Below are positions 51,765-60,865 of a stretch of 64,000 nucleotides of DNA, in pieces. Each line of letters begins with the position of its first letter. Position 1 is the first letter of the stretch. Source of the DNA: Terriglobia bacterium (GTDB lineage Bacteria; Acidobacteriota; Terriglobia; 20CM-2-55-15); the NCBI GenBank assembly GCA_965262425.1, contig OZ253536.1:5325085-5389084 (forward strand), read 5' to 3'. The position numbers were made by a program, and so were the translations under genes. Under the pieces are notes generated by a model, which worked only from the letters and a program-made list of their open reading frames with translations, did no database searches and was not told the origin of the DNA.

Positions 51765-51864
51765 CACTCTTCGGCCTCCCTTAACTAGTCTCTCAGGCTA
51801 ATCTCTGTTTCTGGCGCCTGATATTGTCAGCGAATCCACCGAAACACACGAAAATTCGTGAGCC

Positions 51865-53181
51865 TCAAACCACAGAGCGGACCAGCCTCGGATAATAGTA
51901 GGACAGCGTGGCGATGCGCGCGAGATAGTGGACGTAGAGCGCCGCCCAGAGTCCGTGGTTGGCATACGGCGTCAGCAGCCACCAGGCGACGAGAAATATT
52001 GCCAGTGAGGTGAGCATTGCGTTCCGCATGTCGACCGAGCGGGTTGCGCCGATGAAGATGCCGTCGAGCTGAAACGCCCAGACGCCAAGCAACGGTGCGG
52101 CCGCTGCCCACGGCAGGTATGTGCGTGAGGCCTCACGGACCGCGGTCTCCACCGTCAGCGTGTCGATCAACAGCGTGCCGAAGAGGATCATGACCAACGA
52201 GATCGCACCTGCGAACGCCTCCGACCAGAGCGTTGTCATACGCGCCGCCGCCCGGAGACCCGCACGATGCGACGCCCCGATTGCCCGCCCGACCAGGGCC
52301 TCGGATGCAAAAGCCAATCCGTCGAGGAAGTACGCTCCGATGGAAATGAAATGCATGAGCACGGCGTTGGCAGCCAGGATCACGTCGCCGGCCCGTGCGC
52401 CTTCGGCCATGAACCAGGCAAACACGAAGACTAGCGCCAGCGACCGAACCATGATGTCCCCGTTGACCGCGATCGTGCGCCGGAGTCGTGCCCGAATGAG
52501 CAACCGGTCCAGGCTCCAGGTCCCTCCCAGACGCCGAAAATGCCGCGCGGCAATTGCAAGCCCGAATGCTGCCGCAATGAATTCGGCGAGCAGTGTGCCG
52601 AGGGCGACGCCGGTCACATCCCAGCCGAGACCGAGGACGAACAGCGCATCGAGCGCCATGTTCGTCAGGTTCAGCACGAGTTGCAGTATGAGTCCGACGT
52701 CGGTGCGGCCGAGTCCGATGAACCAGCCGAGCAGGGCAAAATTCACGAACGTCGCTGGCGCGGCCCAGACTCGGATGTCGAAGTAGTCGCGGGCGAGTTG
52801 TTCAACTTGGGGGCTGCCGTCGAGAAGAAAAAACGCGGCCTGACCTATCGGCCACTGAAGCAGGATCAGTCCGGCGCCGGCAGAGACCGCAATCATCAAC
52901 GCGCGACCGAGACACGCCACCACCTCCCCGGTGTCTCCCGCGCCCAGAGCCTGTGCGGTGAGCCCGGTCGTGCCCATCCGCAGGAAACCGAATGCCCAGA
53001 ACAGAAACGTGAACACCAGCGAACCGAGGGCGACGGCGCCGATGTAGGCCGGATCGGGGATCTGGCCGACGACGCCGATGAGCGGCGTGGACACGTTGGA
53101 GAGCATGACGGGCAGGGCAATTGCAAGGACGGCTCGATGCGTTAACGGGTCTCTACGATTGGCGTCCGCTTTCACGAACAT
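51865..53181 (-). CDS. MATE family efflux transporter (DinF-like), probably impaired
   Basis: FGFLRMGTTGLTAQALGA, LDGLAFA, LDGIFIGAT; MITE inserted at the start codon; TM1 appears to lack the conserved DTA segment. Confidence 0.85.
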   Translation of the reverse strand: MFVKADANRRDPLTHRAVLAIALPVMLSNVSTPLIGVVGQIPDPAYIGAVALGSLVFTFLFWAFGFLRMGTTGLTAQALGAGDTGEVVACLGRALMIAVSAGAGLILLQWPIGQAAFFLLDGSPQVEQLARDYFDIRVWAAPATFVNFALLGWFIGLGRTDVGLILQLVLNLTNMALDALFVLGLGWDVTGVALGTLLAEFIAAAFGLAIAARHFRRLGGTWSLDRLLIRARLRRTIAVNGDIMVRSLALVFVFAWFMAEGARAGDVILAANAVLMHFISIGAYFLDGLAFASEALVGRAIGASHRAGLRAAARMTTLWSEAFAGAISLVMILFGTLLIDTLTVETAVREASRTYLPWAAAAPLLGVWAFQLDGIFIGATRSVDMRNAMLTSLAIFLVAWWLLTPYANHGLWAALYVHYLARIATLSYYYPRLVRSVV

Positions 53182-53186
53182 CTTTT

Positions 53187-53503
53187 GGGTCTTCCGCAGA
53201 ATTTGTGGGTAAAACCGTCTTCCATCGCCGCTTGAGGAGACCACGGTGCTCGCCAAGCCTCAAGGCTTCCCTCGCAAGCTCGGCGGCTGCGCCGGCCTTG
53301 ACCCTCGGCTGCGCTCCGCGGTGTCGGCTGGTGTGGGCGATGGGGAACGGGGCCTCCGGCGGGGGCTCCGGGCACCGGGTGTAGGCGTCCGACCGAAGTG
53401 GGTACTGGAATATTCGCCGTCGAACAAAAGAATAAGGTACTTTGTTTCAATTACTTATGTGCGCACAGGCCTTTGGACTGCCCACAAATTCTGCGGAGGA
53501 GGC
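53187..53503 (+). mobile_element. 317-bp ISL3-type MITE, copy 3
   Basis: 8-bp TSD CATCTTTT, which contains the MATE start codon. Confidence 0.93.
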
Positions 53504-53549
53504 CATCTTTTTAACACAATCCCACGCAGGCTACCGAGCCTGGACTAGT

Positions 53550-56393
53550 CTAGTACACCCAGGGCCGGGCTTGTTTGATAGCGAGCTCGGCGTCCGCGGT
53601 GATCTTAAACTCGATCTCAATCGCGAACTGAGCGTCGGGTGGGAGTTCGTAGAGCCGGCGAAACGCATTGTGGATCATCGTGAGGTGGCGTCGGAGTTGG
53701 GTGCGGTGCCGTGGGTCGAGGAGCGTCTCACCGTCAGCAACGCGGTTCGAAGCCCTCACGAATCGGTCGTTTCGTGCGTTGAGGGGACCCAGGAGGATCT
53801 CTTCGGGGATCGACTCGTCCTCGGGGTTGGTCACCAGGTCCTCACCAACCTGTGTGTTGACGTAGTAGCTCCGGCCGCCGATCTGATTTCCTGTCCCGTA
53901 GACGATGTCCTTGCTCACGGCCACGCCGTTCGCCAGCTCGTTCGAGTAGTTCGGGTGCGCCAGCACCCCCATGGCGGCGGCGAAGTGGTCGATACGGTGG
54001 AACTCGCGTTCTTCGTAAGTGCGGAAATTCCACAGGCTCGCGTACACTTGCTGGACGGAGCCGGAGATGTGGCCTTCGTCGGGGCGGTGCGTGAATGAAT
54101 CGTAGAGCCCTGCGCCGCTGAACCCGGGCAGATCCTCGTTGTTCGTGCTGGAGCGGAGTCGGACGGAAGTCCCTTCCGGGAAACCGTTGTGGAGTTCCGC
54201 CAGCGCATCCATCATCCAATCCGGCATCGAAGCTTCTTCGATATCGCGACGGAGTTGGCCAAGCAACTCTTCCCTCGCTTCCGTGTCGGTATGGAAGCCG
54301 GACGTTTCCCGCATGACGGCGGCCCTCCGGTAGAAGTCGTTGTGCGTCATGAACGAGTCATAGAAGTAGAAAGGGATGGCGAACCCGTCCGGGACAACGC
54401 CGTCGGCGAACCCGATCGCACCCAGCGTCGCCACATTCGCGGCCTTGACGCCGACACTCTTCCCATCGGCGAATCCGATCTCATCCAACGGCCGGATTTC
54501 CCGTACTGAAAGGTCGCGGACCGGGACCTGCACTTCCGCCGGCCGGATGTCGGCGAAATGGTTTTCGACCTCTTCGAGGGCTGCCTCGCGGATTTCGTAA
54601 CCCTCGGCCGCAACCTTGAAATAGACATACCGGCCGATCAATCCAGCGATCGTCGGGTCGGTGGCCGCTCCCTGGATATACGCGTTGGGAACGTTGTCCT
54701 GTACCGCCCGCAGGTTGACATGAGACAGCGGCGTCTGCCGGAAGCCGGTGATGATTCCCGCAACACGGGGCATCTCGTTCGGAAGGTTCCGATACAGAAC
54801 GACATCGCGGACCGCCGGACGTTCATCCGTTTCCATCAACCGCAGACGGCCGTACCCTCAGCCGGGTGGAGTGGCAGGAAGCTGATGTCGGAGAACGCAT
54901 CCTCGTCCAGAAAGACGGGCAGCTCGGCGGCTTCGTAGAGGGCGCGCTCGTTCTCGTACCGGTCGACGGCGGCAGGCATGGGGTGGTATGCGAGATTCCC
55001 GCGCACCGGAGGGGCGTACTCGGCGAGCAGTCCCTCGGCGACCTCGATCATATCGAACGGGAAAGAGTCGAACGGTTCGAACTCGAACGTGTATAACCCC
55101 GGCTGCCCACCGGGCGACCTCAGAAGCGGCCGATGGACCAGCACCCCCATCATCCACCCTGCGCCTTGCCTCTGGCTCCCGAGTCCCACCGCTCCCATGA
55201 ACATGCCGTGGGCCCGGTGCGTCTTGGTGTTCATGAAATAAATCTTCGCTTCGTCGGTACCGGCCCCGGCGACGACGAATTTGACGAACTCCTGCCCGGC
55301 CAGGTGCGTATCGATCAGCGTCTCGTTGCCCAGATAAGCCAGGGCTTTGAATGTTTGGGTCTTCCGCAGAATTTGTGGGTAAAACCGTCTTCCATCGCCG
55401 CTTGAGGAGACCACGGTGCTCGCCAAGCCTCAAGGCTTCCCTCGCAAGCTCGGCGGCTGCGCCGGCCTTGACCCTCGGCTGCGCTCCGCGGTGTCGGCTG
55501 GTGTGGGCGATGGGGAACGGGGCCTCCGGCGGGGGCTCCGGGCACCGGGTGTAGGCGTCCGACCGAAGTGGGTACTGGAATATTCGCCGTCGAACAAAAG
55601 AATAAGGTACTTTGTTTCAATTACTTATGTGCGCACAGGCCTTTGGACTGCCCACAAATTCTGCGGAGGAGGCGAATGTTTCACGGTCCGGTATCGTAGC
55701 GGCGCCGTCTTCGAATTCGATCTCGTCGGGTTCGGGAGGTCGAACGTTCGGATCCTGCGGGGCCTGGCCCCGCCCTCGCCGCCCGAAACCTCCCCGACCG
55801 CCAGGACGCACTCCGAAGCCCCTGCCCCCTCTGCCGAATCCACCCACCGGCATCAGTTCCTCGCTCCGCAGCCTGCCGTCTCCATCCGCATCGAGGGGGA
55901 TCAACGCGGCGACCGCATCGGCGATTTCCTCGCTCGACAGTTCGCTGTTTCCGTCGGCGTCCAGTGTGGCCATGACCGGGAGATTGTCGAGAATAGCGGT
56001 AGGACCGAACGCACCGCCCCGTCCACCGGGCCCGCCGCGCCCTCGAAGCCCGCCACGAGGTCCACGTCCCCGACGACCGCGACCTTCCCCGCCCCTGCCA
56101 CGGCCGCGGCCAAAGGCGCCGATCTCGGGCGCCAGCTCCGCGCCGCTCAGCATGCCGTCATCGTTCGCGTCGAGGGAGACCAGGGTGTTGGGTGCATTGA
56201 GAACTTCGGCCCCCGAGAGTTCTCCGTTCCCGTCGGTATCCATCGCCGTCATCACCGGCACGATAACGACGGGACCCCCGCCCCGATTCTGCGCGCGGAT
56301 CATCGTGGCTCCGAGTGCGAGCGCAACAACACCGAGCCCGACAAGCAAGACATTTCCTGCGCGGGTCCAGACGAAGCGAGAGTCCTTGATCAT
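53550..56393 (-). pseudogene. Exported EF-hand + PEP-synthase/PPDK nucleotide-binding domain protein, split by a MITE and frameshifted
   Basis: Four DxDxxG EF-hand loops; GVKAAN, RSSTNNEDLPGFSGAGLYDS, IEFK, KQARP; ...PDRETF-KALAYLG restored on MITE removal; 1-nt frameshift near 54855. Confidence 0.85.
55357..55673 (+). mobile_element. 317-bp ISL3-type MITE, copy 4
   Basis: 8-bp TSD GAATGTTT. Confidence 0.93.
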
Positions 56394-56679
56394 GGCAACA
56401 ACCAGTCTACAGACACCGCGGACGAGCCTTGTTGATAAAAATTGTTAAATGAGGTGCGGGACTTCCCGAACGAGCACATCCGTCGAAGGCCTATGCGACT
56501 GAATGCAAATAAAAAACACATCGTCCGTCAGGCGTCGACTGTTTCATTGCCATCGACCTCCCCCTTTCTTATCCTTTAGGGATTCATCGTCGCTGCCGAG
56601 GCAAGGACCACTCTCAATCGGCGAGGCCGCCTGGGCATGGGGACGGATTTGGGCCGGGCTCCCGGCCACGGAGGAAGAC

Positions 56680-58326
56680 ACGAGCAAGCGAATCGTCTTC
56701 GACCGACGACGGTTTCTCGCTGGAACCGCCGGCGCGCTGGGTACAGCGTTTTTCGGGCGGTTTCCGCTCGAAACCATGGTCGAACAGGGGGCGCCGCCAG
56801 CCGTCCAGGGGTGGGATGCGGGTCTCGTGCGTCATCTCCTGCCGACTGTCAGCGATTCTCGCATTCTCCTGAAGGTGTCGTTCGACCGGCCACTGTCGGC
56901 GGCCCCGACGCTGCGGGTCGGAGCCACCGAGGTCGTTGGACGACAGAACGACACGGCCGGCGAGCACTGGCAGTTCTACGCCGCCGACCTTCGGCCCGGC
57001 ACTCGCTACGAGCTAACACTCCAGCAGTCGGGCGGCGGGTCTCTGTGCGAGCCCTGACCGCTCTCGACGTTTCCCGCGCCCGGCTCGAGCCCCGAGCGGT
57101 TCAGGATGCTCTTCTTTACCTGCGCCGGCGGACCGGGAGGATCCTACGAGGGCATCGGTCAGCGGCAGGGTTTTCTGCCGACGACGATTCGCAATCGCCT
57201 ACTGCGCCGGGCGCTGTCGTTCGAACCGGACGCGGCGGTGGCGAACGGCGACCACATCTACTGGGATCTGCACACCTGGCAGGGTGAGAACGCCGGGCAG
57301 CTCAGTGCCAACGGGATGCGGTCCAACTTCGACTTCTCGGCATCCGTGTTTGGAGCGAGCAACGAGACGGCGCTGAAAGCGGCAGCGGGGCCCCAGATCG
57401 TGCCGGTCTACGGTAGCGACTTTCGGTCGGTCCCCGTGTTCTTCCTGCAAGACGACCACGACCACTGGGAGAACGACGCGGTGACCGACGAGATCGCGAG
57501 CTACCCGGTTCCCTGGTTTCAACTCCAGCTCGCCCGTGCCACCCAGCAGCTGTACTACCCCGAGTTCCTGCCCGACGGCAGGCGGCCGAACGGCCTGCCC
57601 TGGTCCGGTGCCGATGGTCGGAGGGGAGATCTGTCCGAGAGCTTCGGCACGGTCCGCTACGGCGATCTGGCGGAGGTCCTGCTATATGACGTGCGGCGAA
57701 CGATGTCGCTGGGTGGGCCCCATGCTGTCTTCGTCGACACCGAGGTAGAGCGGTGGCTGATCGAGCGCACCGCTGCGCCCGGGGTACGGCACCTGGTGCA
57801 TGCGCCGTCGAGTCCCTTTGGCTGGAGCGCCGGCAAATGGGGTGAGTGGTACCCGGATGTTCTCGACCTTGAGCGTGGGGAGTTGACGACGGCCATCGAG
57901 AAGCCCTACTGGCAGGAAGGATGGTTACGTCAGCACGACCGCCTGGTGCAGGCGATCGGGGGACAGGCCGAGCGTGCCGGGCTGATCATCAGTGGTGATC
58001 TCCATGCCGTCGGAGTCGGGCGACTACATCGGGCGGGTCGAGTCGATTTCGGGACCCAACCGATCACCACGGTGCTGGGCGGGCCCATCGGCACCTCCAT
58101 TCGAGGATTCCCCTCCGTGGTGCGGGGAATCGGCGCGACACCACCCGCGCACCTCGACCTGGAGGAATCGGTCGCCCCGATCGAGGATCACGGTTTCACT
58201 CTAGTGGATTTCCTGCCGGATCGCATGGTCCTGCGGCAGTTCGCCTGGGATGTCGACGAGCAGCCGCTCGACGCAATCGATCGGCTGGAGCCGTTCTACA
58301 CGACGGACCTGCCCCGACCAGGCTGA
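56680..58326 (+). pseudogene. Tat-exported PhoD-like metallophosphoesterase with an in-frame stop and a lost start codon
   Basis: DRRRFL Tat motif, NGDHIYWD, DDHD, SGDLH; TGA at 57055-57057 is in frame with both halves; GGAGG followed by ACG at 56680. Confidence 0.78.
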
Positions 58327-58343
58327 GCCGCTAATTCGGGCGC

Positions 58344-58428
58344 TAATTCGGGGACGGAGGCACAAAATCTAACCAGCAACTTTTGTTTTATGAGCACTTT
58401 GGATAATTACTCCTCCGTCCCCGAATTA
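58344..58428. repeat. Inverted-repeat unit (REPIN/MITE-like)
   Basis: Perfect 17-bp arms; spacer nearly identical to the 63552-63635 copy. Confidence 0.88.
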
Positions 58429-58452
58429 GTCAAAAACGAAAGGAACGGCGAG

Positions 58453-58483
58453 AGTGTACGGGTGGCCGTCTCTGGCCACCCGC
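58453..58483 (+). repeat. REP-like palindrome, type A (GTAC variant)
   Basis: AGTGTACGGGTGGCCGTCTCTGGCCACCCGC. Confidence 0.8.
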
Positions 58484-58698
58484 CGAGCTTGACGCATGCC
58501 TCCCCACCCCGGCAGGACCGAAGCTGGCCCCAACGGACGGACTAAACGAGACTCATTTGATTGCTTCCGAGTTCTCCCTCTCGTAGTATCTACGCTGGTA
58601 AATCCAAACCAGAACGAGGGAGCCCGAGGCAGGCACCGCGTGTCGGCCCCGACGCTTTGAACCGCGGGGTCCGCCTGGCCATCGCGGAGGAGGATCGA

Positions 58699-60783
58699 AT
58701 GTCCCGTCGAACATACCTGATGCTCATCAGCCTGCTGCTCTGTCTTCTACTGGGGCCTTCTGATCCCACACGTGCACAGAACCGCGAGTCAGTGACCATC
58801 CGGCCGGCTCCTGCCTTTTCCGGCGAAACGCTCGCTGCCTTGCCGACCACGGACTGGCTCACAAACGGCGGCAACCTGTTCAACCAGCGCTACTCGCCGC
58901 TCACCGAGATCGACCGCACCAATGTTGGCGGGCTCAAGGGGGTCTGGAGAACGCACCTGGATGGCTCCGGGGCCGCACCGCGGAATTCCGGCGAGGCCCA
59001 GCCGATCGTTCACAACGGAGTGATTTACACGGTCACGGGAGACGACGATGTGTTTGCCATCAGCGTCGAGTCCGGCCGGATTCTCTGGAAGTACCGGGCG
59101 CTGCTCGACGAGACGATCGACACCGTTTGCTGTGGATGGACCAGCCGTGGGCTGGGTCTGGGTGAAGGCAAGGTCTACCTGGGCCAGCTTGATGGAAAGC
59201 TGGTGGCCGTGGACCAGGTGAGTGGGGATGTCGCCTGGGCCACCCAGGCCCAGCGTTGGCAGGACGGCTACACGATTACCAGTGCCCCGCTTTATTTTGA
59301 CGGTCTGGTGATTACCGGTTTCGCGGGAGCCGAGCGGGCCACCCGGGGCCAGGTCAAAGCGTATGACGCCGCCGATGGGTCTCTCGTCTGGACTTTCTAC
59401 ACGATCCCCGCCCCGGGAGAACCGGGTCATGAAACGTGGCCGGCCGGGAGCGACGTGTGGCGTTACGGGGGAGGTACCGTCTGGCAGACGCCGGCCGTGG
59501 ATCCCGAACTCGGCCTCATCTACTTTTACACCGCAAACGCAAATCCGGATTTCAACGGGAGTGTGCGGGCCGGCGACAATCTGTTCACCTCATCCATTGT
59601 TGCTCTCGAAGCTGCGACCGGACAGTATCGCTGGCACTTTCAGACGGTCCATCACGACCTCTGGGACTTTGACGGCGCGAACCCCGTCGTCCTGTTCGAT
59701 GCCGAGATCGGCGGGCAGGAACGCAAGGGGCTGGCGGCGGTAGGGAAGACGGGATGGGTCTACATATTGGACCGAACCAATGGCGAACCCCTGATCGGAA
59801 TCGAAGAGAGGGCCGTACCACAAGAGGAGCGTCAGGCGACGGCCGCCACCCAGCCGTACCCGGTCGGTGACGCGTTCGTGCCGCAGCAGGTCGACATCGC
59901 GCCGGAAGGTTACGCATTGGTCAACGGGGGCCGTATCTTCACACCGTTCTGGACGGACCCCGTAGCCTTAAAGCCGAGCTTCCTGGGGGGAGCCAACTGG
60001 CCGCCTTCCTCATACGATCCGGAAACTCAAACCCTCTACGTTTGCGCCATAGATCGCATCGACATATTCGCGGCCGGCGAGGTCGAAGAGGAGACCGAAG
60101 AGGGGGACTGGCGCACCGGCGGTGAATTCGCCAGCGCTTCAATTCCAGCTACAGGGATTTTCGCCGCGTTGGATATGAAGACTAACCGCCTGCGCTGGCG
60201 GCAGCGATGGTCCGAAACGTGTTACAGCGGTTCGGCGACAACTGCGGGAGGACTGGTTTTCGTCGGCCGAAACGATGGGCGTTTTACGGCACTGGATTCC
60301 GCTGACGGATCCCTCCTGTGGGAATTTCAGACGGGTGCGGGAGTCAACGCACCCCCCACTGTTTTCGAACATGACGGGAAGCAATACGTGTTGGTCTACA
60401 GTGCAGGGAACCTGCTTGCGCGAACCGCGAGGGGCGACAGCATGTGGCTTTTCGGTCTGGATGGAACGCTCGATCCGGCAGAGGCTCCCAGGGCCGGTGC
60501 GGGCGCTGAGGTGGCCGCCGCGGCGCCTCCTGAGGACCGGGAGCCGGATCCCGACCAGGGACGGCTCGTCTACACCCAGACGTGCGTCTTCTGTCACGGC
60601 AACCAGGGCGAAGGCGGCCACGAAGGTGTCCCCTTGACGGCGATCACCGATGCCCAGTCGATCCGGAGAATCGTAATCGAGGGCCGCAATCGAATGCCCG
60701 CTTTCGGCGCGCTCCTGACACCCGAGCAGATCCAGGATCTCGTCGCTTTTGTCACGGATCGACTTCCGAATCAGCTTCGCTAA
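58699..60783 (+). CDS. PQQ-dependent alcohol dehydrogenase-like protein with a C-terminal cytochrome c
   Basis: QRYSPL, vicinal CC, Trp-docking repeats, HHDLWDFDGAN, CVFCHG...MPAF. Confidence 0.92.
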   Translation: MSRRTYLMLISLLLCLLLGPSDPTRAQNRESVTIRPAPAFSGETLAALPTTDWLTNGGNLFNQRYSPLTEIDRTNVGGLKGVWRTHLDGSGAAPRNSGEAQPIVHNGVIYTVTGDDDVFAISVESGRILWKYRALLDETIDTVCCGWTSRGLGLGEGKVYLGQLDGKLVAVDQVSGDVAWATQAQRWQDGYTITSAPLYFDGLVITGFAGAERATRGQVKAYDAADGSLVWTFYTIPAPGEPGHETWPAGSDVWRYGGGTVWQTPAVDPELGLIYFYTANANPDFNGSVRAGDNLFTSSIVALEAATGQYRWHFQTVHHDLWDFDGANPVVLFDAEIGGQERKGLAAVGKTGWVYILDRTNGEPLIGIEERAVPQEERQATAATQPYPVGDAFVPQQVDIAPEGYALVNGGRIFTPFWTDPVALKPSFLGGANWPPSSYDPETQTLYVCAIDRIDIFAAGEVEEETEEGDWRTGGEFASASIPATGIFAALDMKTNRLRWRQRWSETCYSGSATTAGGLVFVGRNDGRFTALDSADGSLLWEFQTGAGVNAPPTVFEHDGKQYVLVYSAGNLLARTARGDSMWLFGLDGTLDPAEAPRAGAGAEVAAAAPPEDREPDPDQGRLVYTQTCVFCHGNQGEGGHEGVPLTAITDAQSIRRIVIEGRNRMPAFGALLTPEQIQDLVAFVTDRLPNQLR

Positions 60784-60865
60784 GGTCATGCTGATTGACG
60801 CCAACCCCCTCCTTCCGTATCTTTTGCAGAGTTGACCGGCGGTTTTACCTCAGGTCACCCAAACA

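Noticed and set aside
53187-55673. Composite transposon formed by MITE copies 3 and 4
   Set aside because: Each copy has its own matching 8-bp TSD, so they are independent insertions
57055-57057. In-frame TGA as selenocysteine or programmed readthrough
   Set aside because: The context CEP*PLSTFP fits a TGG->TGA Trp nonsense change, and the start codon also appears mutated (ACG), so a pseudogene is the simpler reading; a SECIS search was not possible
58600-58690. ZTP or other known riboswitch
   Set aside because: Only a GTCCGCCTGG resemblance; the required 5' consensus is absent
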